Shown here in pieces: positions 55,803 to 64,000 of a DNA stretch of 64,000 nt (position 1 is the first letter of the stretch; every line of letters begins with the position of its first letter). The stretch comes from Chitinivibrionales bacterium (GTDB lineage: Bacteria > Fibrobacterota > Chitinivibrionia > Chitinivibrionales > JANQEN01). A model generated the notes under the pieces. That model searched no databases. It saw only the letters and a program-made list of their open reading frames with translations, and had not been told where the DNA came from. A program made the position numbers and the translations under genes. Location of the stretch: assembly GCA_028278335.1 (NCBI GenBank), contig JANQEN010000251.1, positions 2,925 through 66,924 of the forward strand, in the 5' to 3' direction.

Positions 55803-56261
55803 TCATTTTTTTCGGAGACTCAAAGGTTTTGCCAATATTTCTGACCACACTACTGCTTTTTTCAATCCTTCAAATCGTTCGGTCCGAGATTTGGTTACCA
55901 TTGTTTTTTCTTTTGAGGAATCATGGCTGTGAGTATCAAGCTTTGAAATGTCAATTTTAGCAGACTCCACCGGTAGCTCACTCTGTCTTTGCTCAATTGA
56001 GGTCTGTCTTTTTTTAGCTTGTTCTTTCCGTTTAGCAACCTTTTTGCTGACCGCAGCTTTTTTAGTTCTTACCGGTTGTTCCAGCTCCTTAAGAACCTTT
56101 TCAACGCCACTTTGCAGATCCCGAAGAGAAAATCCCCTTTGTTTAGGTTTATTTTTGTCCTGAACAGATGATTGCCTTTGCCCCTTTTTTTTCTTTGCTG
56201 CATTGGCAATGATTGCCCAGACTATAAATACTATAATAGGAAGAACTTTTTCAAAATCCAT
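55803..56261 (-). CDS. Hypothetical single-pass membrane protein, lysine-rich
   Basis: 152 aa with one N-terminal TM and a K/Q/S-rich low-complexity remainder. Confidence 0.5.
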   Translation of the reverse strand: MDFEKVLPIIVFIVWAIIANAAKKKKGQRQSSVQDKNKPKQRGFSLRDLQSGVEKVLKELEQPVRTKKAAVSKKVAKRKEQAKKRQTSIEQRQSELPVESAKIDISKLDTHSHDSSKEKTMVTKSRTERFEGLKKAVVWSEILAKPLSLRKK

Positions 56262-56337
56262 GTTTTACCTTACTATACATTATAAAGGGGATACAGCCTT
56301 CTTCCATAGGGAAGGAGACTGTATCTATTATTTGCTG

Positions 56338-57327
56338 CTATTCGCTTTCCTTATTATCTCCCTCGGGTTCCTTACCAATTGAATCGCGCATTTTAGTGTC
56401 TGCCATAACATTTTTCATGTTATAGTAGTCCATGACACCAAGATTGCCCTTTCTAAAGGCTTCAGCCATGGCCAGAGGAATTTGTGCTTCAGCCTCTACA
56501 ACTCGAGCGCGCATCTCTTGCACCTTAGCATTCATTTCTTGCTCAGCGGCAATTGCCATTGCGCGACGCTCTTCAGCTTTTGCCTGAGCGATCTTTTTAT
56601 CTGCTTCAGCTCGGTCTGTTTCCAGCTCTGCTCCAATATTTTTGCCCACGTCTACATCAGCAATATCAATGGATAAGATCTCAAAAGCTGTTCCCGCATC
56701 TAATCCTTTTTCTAGTACTCGCTTTGAGATGGTGTCGGGGTTTTCCAGTACTGCTTTATGGGTAACTGCAGATCCAATAGTCGTAACAATACCTTCACCA
56801 ACACGGGCAAGGACCGTCTCTTCTCCAGCACCACCAACCAAGCGGTCGATATTAGCGCGAACAGTCACGCGGGAGATAGCCTTTAGCTGAATACCATCTT
56901 TCGCCACAGCAGCAACTAAAGGTGTCTCTATGACTTTTGGATTAACACTCATTTGGACAGCCTCGAGTACATTTCTTCCAGCAAGATCAATGGCTGCACA
57001 GCGATTGAATTGTAAATCGATATTTGCTTTATCAGCAGCAATAAGGGCTTGAACCACCCGCATGACATTTCCACCCGCAAGAAAGTGAGATTCAAGGTCA
57101 TCGGTACTGATTTGAATGCCCGCTTTTACAGCCATAATTTTTGATTCAACAACCAACTTAGGGGGTACTTTTCTAAAACGCATAAATACAATATTAAGAA
57201 GTCCAACTTTTGCGCCCGATACTAATGATTGAAACCAAAGTGATACGGAACCTAAGGCAAAAAGGAGAAAAAGGAGAAGGATAAATCCAAGAATTCCCAA
57301 TAAAACTGTGACTACGGGTGTGGGCAT
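56338..57327 (-). CDS. floA: Flotillin-like protein FloA (UPF0365/YqfA family)
   Basis: 329 aa. It has an N-terminal TM, then [26 protein letters not shown]... and an EA-rich coiled coil, matching the B. subtilis YqfA-type sequence. Confidence 0.88.
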   Translation of the reverse strand: MPTPVVTVLLGILGFILLLFLLFALGSVSLWFQSLVSGAKVGLLNIVFMRFRKVPPKLVVESKIMAVKAGIQISTDDLESHFLAGGNVMRVVQALIAADKANIDLQFNRCAAIDLAGRNVLEAVQMSVNPKVIETPLVAAVAKDGIQLKAISRVTVRANIDRLVGGAGEETVLARVGEGIVTTIGSAVTHKAVLENPDTISKRVLEKGLDAGTAFEILSIDIADVDVGKNIGAELETDRAEADKKIAQAKAEERRAMAIAAEQEMNAKVQEMRARVVEAEAQIPLAMAEAFRKGNLGVMDYYNMKNVMADTKMRDSIGKEPEGDNKESE

Positions 57328-57359
57328 AAAAACCGCCTTTCAATTTAGTTATATAGTGA

Positions 57360-57839
57360 TTAAATCTCTTTGTTTTTAACTACAATTGTATTGCCAGTAA
57401 TCGAAATAATTTCTATAGTAGCACCTTTGCTGATATAATCTCCAGAGGAGACAACATCATAGCGCACATTGTCAATCTCTACTCTTCCGGCCGGCCTAAG
57501 ATCATTAATGACCATACCCTCTTTACCAACCAGCTTTTCTAAGGAGAGGTCCTGAGAAGTCACACCCTCTTTCTTGCCAAGAGTCTTTTTTAAGGCAACC
57601 GGTGAATAGGCAAGGATTTTAATGCCAATTAAAATGGCAATAGGAATAGTAATAATGTCGGCACCGACAAAAATAAATCCAACTTCCTTAGGCATGGTGG
57701 TAAAAACCAGGTAGAGCGAGTACCCGAAGACACCACTGGCACAGATTGTTAAAATCCCTCCAGAGGGCAGAAGGAACTCCGCAAGGATTATAATTACGCC
57801 TAAAACTTGTAATGTAATAGGGACCAGAAGATCACCCAT
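57360..57839 (-). CDS. NfeD-family membrane protein (C-terminal OB-fold)
   Basis: 159 aa with three TM segments and a C-terminal beta-rich G..G.V...L.P.G.V.....YDV.S.G..I..G..I.. pattern. Confidence 0.65.
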   Translation of the reverse strand: MGDLLVPITLQVLGVIIILAEFLLPSGGILTICASGVFGYSLYLVFTTMPKEVGFIFVGADIITIPIAILIGIKILAYSPVALKKTLGKKEGVTSQDLSLEKLVGKEGMVINDLRPAGRVEIDNVRYDVVSSGDYISKGATIEIISITGNTIVVKNKEI

Positions 57840-59313
57840 GCTTTTTACTCCTCAAAACAGTTATTCGATTTCCATTGATATCTGATATAGTAATTGACTC
57901 ATCTTTATCAATCATGTCTCCATCAGCAATTACATCATATACACGGTCGTCAAATTTTGCCATTCCTGAAGGACGAAGTGGTTTGACGACAATACCATTA
58001 TCCCCAACAGAAAGGGACAGTGTTGTCCCACTACTGCTGCTTGAGTTCGCCAGGGTGCTTGAAAGGTAAGGGCCAGAGACGACTTTAGACAGATGTGGAA
58101 AAATGAAGATGAAGAATATGACAATAAGCGAAACCGAACTTACCACGCTTATCATTATCATAAAGAGATTTTTTACCAATAATTCTTTTTGCCAGGGCAT
58201 CTCTGGTTTGGGGATGACAAAATCCTGAAAGGATAAAAGCATACCAATGGCAATAAATGCTATGCCGGCAATTCCAGTGATACCAAAACCAGGAATAACA
58301 AAAACCTCTGCTGCAAGAAGTAAAAGGCCTATTAATAAAAGGAGCATCTCAGTATAATTGGCTAATCCCACCATATATTGACCACCGAAAACTAGCACCA
58401 AACAGAGGAGACCCACAATGCCTGGAATACCAACCCCCGGTGTTTTTGTTTCAATATAGACACCGGCAAGTCCTAGTATAAGAAGGAGTGGTGCAATGGA
58501 TCCTAAAAATCCAACAAACTTTTCTGACCAGCTTTCTTCGATGTAAACAATCTCCTTTGCAGCAATTCCTAATTTGTCAATAAGATCATCAACACCATCA
58601 ACACTGGCCGAGGAAAAGCCAAGTTCCTGTGCTTCCACGTCATCCATGGTTAAGAGTTCGCCCTTTTTCACCACGGTCTTTTTTGTTTTAATTTTTGCCT
58701 TAAGAGATGGTTCCATGTCTTGAAGGCCAAGTGAATCAACATAGAATGTTGTATCTGCAAGGACGATTTTAAAAACAGTAATTTCTGCAGTTACCATAGA
58801 CTCGGCAAGGGTGGAGGGGTAGTTGTTACGTTTTGCCAAGGCCCGAAACTTCGCCCGAAGGGGCGATTGAAATTTTTCGCCCAACATTTTAGGGCCATCC
58901 TGCCCCATTGTCAAGGGAGCGCAATCACCAATAGTCGTGTTGTTCTTCATAGTGAGTTTACTACAGGCAAGTGCGATAAGAGCGCCCGCTGAGATTGCGC
59001 GTTTTTTAACATATGCTATGGACTGCCCCTTGGGGATAGTCAGCAATGTATCAACAATGTTAAGGGCAGCATCGACTCTTCCGCCGAAGGTGTCCATTTC
59101 TAATAAAAAAAGTGGATTTTCAACGGAACTATGGCCTCGAATGGCGCGACCAATAAATGCAGCCATTGCTGGATCAACCTCTCCAGAAACAGGAATGACT
59201 ATCACTGTTTGCTCATCAGCTTTGGAAGGGTTTGTAATGGTAGAGTCTTCACCGCATAGAGCCAGGGAAAAGTGCAAAAGTAAAGTAGTAATCAGTATGT
59301 GTAGTGTTTTCAT
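57832..59313 (-). CDS. NfeD-like membrane-bound ClpP-class serine protease
   Basis: 493 aa. It has a signal peptide, a ClpP-like N-domain (..MDTFGGRVDAAL.., ISAGALIALAC), a TM bundle and a C-terminal NfeD OB domain. Confidence 0.7.
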   Translation of the reverse strand: MKTLHILITTLLLHFSLALCGEDSTITNPSKADEQTVIVIPVSGEVDPAMAAFIGRAIRGHSSVENPLFLLEMDTFGGRVDAALNIVDTLLTIPKGQSIAYVKKRAISAGALIALACSKLTMKNNTTIGDCAPLTMGQDGPKMLGEKFQSPLRAKFRALAKRNNYPSTLAESMVTAEITVFKIVLADTTFYVDSLGLQDMEPSLKAKIKTKKTVVKKGELLTMDDVEAQELGFSSASVDGVDDLIDKLGIAAKEIVYIEESWSEKFVGFLGSIAPLLLILGLAGVYIETKTPGVGIPGIVGLLCLVLVFGGQYMVGLANYTEMLLLLIGLLLLAAEVFVIPGFGITGIAGIAFIAIGMLLSFQDFVIPKPEMPWQKELLVKNLFMIMISVVSSVSLIVIFFIFIFPHLSKVVSGPYLSSTLANSSSSSGTTLSLSVGDNGIVVKPLRPSGMAKFDDRVYDVIADGDMIDKDESITISDINGNRITVLRSKKHG

Positions 59314-59573
59314 ATTTAAGAAAATACCGTCTTTTTAAAATAGAGTGTTAATTTGTATTTTTAATTTTGCTATATGAAAAAATAATAATTATTTTGAAAT
59401 AACTCCGTATGAAAGCTTTAGGGGACGGAACATTTTTATCTCTCTTTAAAATAGTAAAAAACAGAATTATAGAAAGCGAAAATAACTAAAAAAACAATAG
59501 AAAATAATGTTATCGCAATTGAAGCGGTTAAATGATTAAACACTGAAACTGAACTTTTTCATATATCATTACT

Positions 59574-60416
59574 ATGCAGACTAAACCGGAAGAACTCTAT
59601 TTTAGAGACATAAATAAGTACAAGGTTCTTACCGATGAAGAGGAACGCACCTTAGTTAAGGCAATCCAAAAGGGTAAGCCGGATGCCGCAAACAAGCTTG
59701 TGACCTGTAATCTTCGTTTTGTGGTCAGTATTGCCCGACGCTATCGAGGTCGTGGATTAAGCTACTTAGAGCTTATCAATGAAGGAAATATTGGACTATT
59801 AAAAGCAGCAAAGCGTTTTGATATAAAAAAGAATGTAAAGTTTATTTCCTATGCAGTGTGGTGGATCCGTCAATCAATTCAGAAAGCCGTTTTTGAGCAA
59901 GCCTGCACAATAAGAATCCCATTGAATAAAATTGCGCTCGTCAATAAGTTTAAAAAAGCCTTGAGTGCTAACAAAGGCAATTATAATAAAACGATAATGA
60001 TCGAAGAGTTCAAGCAATACGAGCAAGAGATCGTTGATGTCATGGATAAGAGCAAGGGGCTCTCTTTAGACACACCAATTTCCAGTGAGAATAACAGTGA
60101 CGATAGCATAAAGACGCTTCAGGATGTATTAGGTGAGGGGCCGAATCAAGATGAAGAGAGTGAGCGCCGGGAGCTTTCTGAGATACTTGAAAGTGTCATG
60201 CACAATATTACTAATCGAGAAGAGCGTATCCTTCGTATGTATTACGGCTTAAACTTTTCTCGTCAATTTACCCTTGAAGAGATTGGCAATGAGCTAAGTC
60301 TTACCAGAGAGCGAGTTCGTCTGATTCGAGATCGATCTTTGCGTAAACTGTTTAAAAATCAGAATTCTCGAAAAAAATTAGCGCCCTTTATGGAAAAAAG
60401 CTCTGGTAGAGATTAA
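59574..60416 (+). CDS. RNA polymerase sigma factor, RpoD/sigma-70 family (short, no region 1.1)
   Basis: 280 aa. Region 2 is NLRFVVSIARRY..GLSYLELINEGNIGLLKAAKRFD, followed by YAVWWIRQSIQ. Region 4 is LEEIGNELSLTRERVRLIRDRSLRKL. Confidence 0.85.
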   Translation: MQTKPEELYFRDINKYKVLTDEEERTLVKAIQKGKPDAANKLVTCNLRFVVSIARRYRGRGLSYLELINEGNIGLLKAAKRFDIKKNVKFISYAVWWIRQSIQKAVFEQACTIRIPLNKIALVNKFKKALSANKGNYNKTIMIEEFKQYEQEIVDVMDKSKGLSLDTPISSENNSDDSIKTLQDVLGEGPNQDEESERRELSEILESVMHNITNREERILRMYYGLNFSRQFTLEEIGNELSLTRERVRLIRDRSLRKLFKNQNSRKKLAPFMEKSSGRD

Positions 60417-60580
60417 AATCCCTTTTTTTTAATACGCTCTGCTCATTCCATACATATTATTGAACATTCTTAAAAAGAGTTAGCAGAAGTGTCCCTATCC
60501 ATTTATATTTATTTTTATGGAATAGAGAGGAAATTTCCTGGAGTGTATTCTTTCTTGATCATGTAAGGAAAAGAAGCGCC

Positions 60581-62764
60581 ATGACAAAATCTGAATCACA
60601 CAAGATAAGTGCGGCCAAAGAGCATCTTGAAAAACAGATCGATCTATTGCATGATGAGAATCGTCGTCTTAAAAGTTACACCAATAAATATCTCAAAGAA
60701 AAAGTGTTGATTGATGAGCTCATGGAGAATATTCCTGATCAGATTTTCTTTAAAGATATTAAGAGTCGGTATACTTTGATTAATAAGAGTTGTGCTGAAA
60801 AATTTGGTTTAGAAAGCCGGGCTGCTATAATTGACAAAACAGATGAGGATTTTTTTGAGAAGAAGTATGCCCGCTCTTGCCATGCTCAGGAAGAAAAAAT
60901 AATACGCACTGGTAAACCCCTTATTGGCAAAGAGATGTTGGAAATATGGCCTGATGGTCGAGAAACCTGGACCCATATCACCAAAATGCCGCTCTATAAT
61001 AAAAAGGGAATTATTTCAGGAACCTTTGGTGTTTCACGGGATATCACCGATATGAAGCATATGGAGCATTTGCTTCAGGTGCTTATGGATAGTATTCCCG
61101 ACGCAATCTTTTTTAAAGATCAAGAGAGCCGATTTATCCGCATTAATAAAGGATGTGCCGATGTATATAATTTGGCAGATCCCTCAGATGTTCAGGGGAG
61201 GACAGACTTTGACTTTTTTCCTCAGGTTGTGGCGCAGCAGTGGCGGGTTGAGGAGAAAAAGATCATGGAAACAGGCAATCCTGTAATCAATCGGGAATTC
61301 TATGAGCTTGCCAAAGACAGCGAAGAGCGATGGCTTGCCACAACAAAAATGCCCTTGCGTGACAAAAAGGGAATTGTCATGGGTACCTTTGGCATTGCCC
61401 GAGACATTACAAAATTTAAATTAGCTGAGCGAGCACTCCAAATCTCAAATGAGAAACTTGAGAAAAAGGTGAAAAAGAGGACCGCTGAATTACAAATGGT
61501 AAATGAGGGTATGAAGGTTCGGATTCAGCAGCTGAATTACCTTAACAGTAAAGCACGCTTTTTCGCGCAGCTTGTTGATCGTGATGCTCTTTTATCAGCA
61601 ATTTATTATGCCTTTTTAGAGCGTTTTCCCGATAGTGAGGTTCACCTCTGCACTGTGCGTGACGATGGGTTTCGCACGGCCCTAAGTACTGAACGGCTAT
61701 CATCGGAGAATCTTTTGGAATCCTGTCGAGAGGCAATTCAATTCAAGGAAGAGGAGAGTGAACGAGATATTCTTTTTACAGAAAACTGGGAAAACCATCA
61801 AGAATTAAAGGACGCTTTTAAGGATCGTTTTGAAGAGCTTCCCTGTTACTTAGAGATCCCTCTTTTTTCTGATAAAAAAATACGGGGGATTGTTCAAATT
61901 TTTGCACCATCTCGGGTTGGAGATATATTTGATCAGGAGAAGACCTTGCTTCACACCCTTGCTTCTCAAGCTGCGGTGTCCCTCGATAATGCAAATAATT
62001 ATGTTGAACTACAGGAAAAGACCAAGCTTGAAAGTGAATTAGAAATTGCCCGAGATATTCAGAAGAAATTCATGCCCCATGATCCAGTAATTCCCAATAT
62101 TGTTATTAAAGGTGTCTGCATGCCAGCCAAGGGGGTTGGTGGAGATTATCTTGATTACTTCCAGAATGAAGAGGGAAATTGGGTTATTGTTATTGCTGAT
62201 GTTTGTGGGAAAGGCATTCCTGCAGCTTTGGTAATGACTACTTTGCGGGGTATATTTCGCGCTGAAGCCAGGAGGCATACCTCTTCAAAAGAGCTCATTG
62301 TTGCAGTTAATAATATAATAGGTAATGATTTACGGACTGATCGATCTTTTATCACCTGTTTAGTCATGATTCTCGATCAAAAGGGTAATGCCATGAACGT
62401 TACCCGTGCTGGTCACCCTATGCTTATCTCTTTCTCTACTCATACCAAGCCAAAGCTGATTCCCTCTGAGGGAATTGCACTTGGATTGATCCTCAATGAA
62501 AAGTATGAATCTTTTCTGGAAGAGGTTTCTATTGATCTTAAGCGGGGGGACAAGTTTTTGGGTTATACTGATGGACTTGATGAGGCTATGAACAGCAAAC
62601 AACAAAATTATGGATTGGATCGCCTCTTTGCTCTATTAGAGTCCCATGATTCTGTAGCTCCAGAAGACCTTGTAGCCTATATCCTTGACGATATAAGACG
62701 ATTTTGCGAAGCACAACCACAGTCAGATGATCTTACCCTCTTTGTTATGGAGAAGGTTCTTTGA
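60581..62764 (+). CDS. PAS-PAS-GAF-PP2C (SpoIIE/RsbU-type) serine phosphatase
   Basis: 727 aa. It has two PAS units (..IPDQIFFKD.., ..IPDAIFFKD..), a GAF-like middle and a C-terminal PP2C (GGDYLDY...DVCGKGIPAALV...GYTDGL...SDDLTLFV). Confidence 0.85.
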   Translation: MTKSESHKISAAKEHLEKQIDLLHDENRRLKSYTNKYLKEKVLIDELMENIPDQIFFKDIKSRYTLINKSCAEKFGLESRAAIIDKTDEDFFEKKYARSCHAQEEKIIRTGKPLIGKEMLEIWPDGRETWTHITKMPLYNKKGIISGTFGVSRDITDMKHMEHLLQVLMDSIPDAIFFKDQESRFIRINKGCADVYNLADPSDVQGRTDFDFFPQVVAQQWRVEEKKIMETGNPVINREFYELAKDSEERWLATTKMPLRDKKGIVMGTFGIARDITKFKLAERALQISNEKLEKKVKKRTAELQMVNEGMKVRIQQLNYLNSKARFFAQLVDRDALLSAIYYAFLERFPDSEVHLCTVRDDGFRTALSTERLSSENLLESCREAIQFKEEESERDILFTENWENHQELKDAFKDRFEELPCYLEIPLFSDKKIRGIVQIFAPSRVGDIFDQEKTLLHTLASQAAVSLDNANNYVELQEKTKLESELEIARDIQKKFMPHDPVIPNIVIKGVCMPAKGVGGDYLDYFQNEEGNWVIVIADVCGKGIPAALVMTTLRGIFRAEARRHTSSKELIVAVNNIIGNDLRTDRSFITCLVMILDQKGNAMNVTRAGHPMLISFSTHTKPKLIPSEGIALGLILNEKYESFLEEVSIDLKRGDKFLGYTDGLDEAMNSKQQNYGLDRLFALLESHDSVAPEDLVAYILDDIRRFCEAQPQSDDLTLFVMEKVL

Positions 62765-63414
62765 AAACCCTTGCTGTTCAAGAACTACAATTTGATCATG
62801 AGAGACCATCCGTTGAAGAGATTAGGAATGCCTTAGATCTTTCCTGTGAAAAAAATCTACTAAATTGTCGAAACTGGCCTCAATATTCCTATAATCCAGA
62901 GGTCACGTTTCGTATAGGTTACGGATTACCAGGAATTGCAATTGAGTATTCCGTTACTGAACAAAATGTACAGGCAACAAATACAAAAATTAATTCAATG
63001 GTCTGTGAGGATAGCTGTGTTGAATTCTTTGTTTCTCCTGTAAAGGACGGGATTTATTATAATTTTGAGTTCAACTGCCTTGGCACACCAAGACTCGGTT
63101 GGGGTACCAATCGCTCTAACAATCAACTTGTTGACCCAAAAATTGTGCAAACAATTACACGAGATGCATCATTGGGTAGTGCCCCCTTTAGTGAACAAGA
63201 GGGAACTTTTACCTGGCAGTTGCTTGTGGTGATTCCCTTGAGTACCTTTGTAAAACATACACTTGAATCGGTGAAGGGCATTACCATGTATGCCAATTTT
63301 TATAAATGTGGCGATTTTCTATCAAATAAACATTACCTAAGTTGGAATCCCATAGGTACAGCAGTACCCGATTTTCATGTTCCCCACTGTTTTGGTAGGC
63401 TGCGTTTTTGTTGA
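62761..63414 (+). CDS. Hypothetical protein, possibly carbohydrate-binding family 9-like
   Basis: 217 aa with a 4-nt overlap with the upstream gene. The segment ..CEDSCVEFFVSP...YYNFEFNCLG.. resembles CBM9-like/DOMON-type proteins. Low certainty. Confidence 0.45.
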   Translation: MKTLAVQELQFDHERPSVEEIRNALDLSCEKNLLNCRNWPQYSYNPEVTFRIGYGLPGIAIEYSVTEQNVQATNTKINSMVCEDSCVEFFVSPVKDGIYYNFEFNCLGTPRLGWGTNRSNNQLVDPKIVQTITRDASLGSAPFSEQEGTFTWQLLVVIPLSTFVKHTLESVKGITMYANFYKCGDFLSNKHYLSWNPIGTAVPDFHVPHCFGRLRFC

Positions 63415-63514
63415 GATATATCGAAAAACTGCAAATGCTTTATAGACCAGACTATTGGAAAGAGCTATTTTTTTTCTGTCAATATACATACCAGAATAAA
63501 TAAGGAAATAATCT

Positions 63515-64000
63515 ATGTGTTGTCTAGGTAAGAGTATACCAAAATTGTTTTATGCTGTGGGAGTTGTTTTATTACTATTAACCTTTTTTCATTGTGATAC
63601 GGAAGACAACCCAAAACAGTATCCTACATCAGTCTTTAACTTTGATTCTTTAAAATCTGTTTCCCAATCCTTTGTTCCTGCTATTGGAAAGCTTAGAGGA
63701 CGATTAGCGATCCCCCTTTACCATGGCTCTCTTTCTTTTAATCCAATCATTAATCCTCAAGCGCTTTGCCCTTTTTTTGAAGGCTTGGTTCGTATTGATC
63801 CTGCTACAGGAAAATCTATCCCCCATCTTGCGGAAAAATGGGAGCCAACACAGGATAGCCTCACCTGGAAGTTTTTTCTCCGAAAAGGTGTGCTCTGGTC
63901 TGACTCAACACCTTTTTCAGCATATGATGTACAATTCACTTTTGATGATTTGATCTTCAATACAAAGATTCCCAATAATGTTGCTCTCCGTCGATTTCAA
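63515..64000 (+). CDS. ABC transporter substrate-binding lipoprotein, family 5 (peptide/nickel type), 5' part only
   Basis: ATG 63515 opens an ORF that runs to the window end. The translation is MCCLGKSIPKLFYAVGVVLLLLTFFHC (lipobox) ... FFEGLVRIDPATGKSIPHLAEKWEPTQDSLTWKFFLRKGVLWSDSTPFSAYDVQFTFDD, a typical SBP_bac_5 N-terminus. Confidence 0.75.
   Translation, partial: MCCLGKSIPKLFYAVGVVLLLLTFFHCDTEDNPKQYPTSVFNFDSLKSVSQSFVPAIGKLRGRLAIPLYHGSLSFNPIINPQALCPFFEGLVRIDPATGKSIPHLAEKWEPTQDSLTWKFFLRKGVLWSDSTPFSAYDVQFTFDDLIFNTKIPNNVALRRFQ

Overview
This is a low-GC, gene-dense chromosomal window from a flagellated, probably diderm bacterium (LptE-like lipoprotein, bS22-type micro-ORF, many TPR proteins). 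The taxon cannot be fixed from sequence alone. I saw no rRNA, CRISPR array, transposase or integrase.

Left third: a STAS/PEGA protein truncated by the window edge, tRNA-Arg(CCG), recD2, a dinG-exonuclease fusion, dapF, a short flagellar-rod-like gene, a 1.3 kb non-coding stretch, a CPA2 antiporter with an EIIA-like partner, an HD-GYP response regulator and srkA.

Middle (17.5-32 kb): a protein/glycan-modification island with two paralogous TPR+GT41 (SPINDLY/FlmG-like) transferases, sulfotransferases, FkbM and SAM methyltransferases and a GT4-sulfotransferase fusion. A 1615-aa TPR protein follows.

Most interesting region (37.8-46.3 kb), directly downstream of the flagellin gene: a tight minus-strand operon of HprK-like kinase, PqqD-like RRE, radical-SAM/SPASM enzyme and S24-like peptidase. 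It ends in a 57-codon ORF that is absent from the supplied track (MKKPYEKPKIETEPFVVEMMHAGCDVGPGDLLYPAGYVDFAHLGYDCECGGTTATLS). Converging on it from the plus strand are an HTH protein, two NTP_transf_5-type nucleotidyltransferase-like proteins, an ABC-2 exporter pair and a sulfotransferase. I read this as an uncharacterised RiPP-like system. It combines the tailoring enzymes known from phosphorylated lasso peptides with rSAM/SPASM chemistry and has no lasso cyclase.

Other notable points:
- A 13-unit array of CTAGAAACAGAG motifs at 21-22 bp phasing (9.6-9.87 kb).
- A patch of GC-rich hairpin repeats (10.1-10.7 kb).
- Three CsrA-type (A)CA(A)GGATG motifs in the flagellin leader.

Right third: mostly housekeeping and envelope genes (an acidic TPR protein, pepP, fxsA, the floA-nfeD operon, an RpoD-family sigma factor, a PAS/GAF-PP2C phosphatase).
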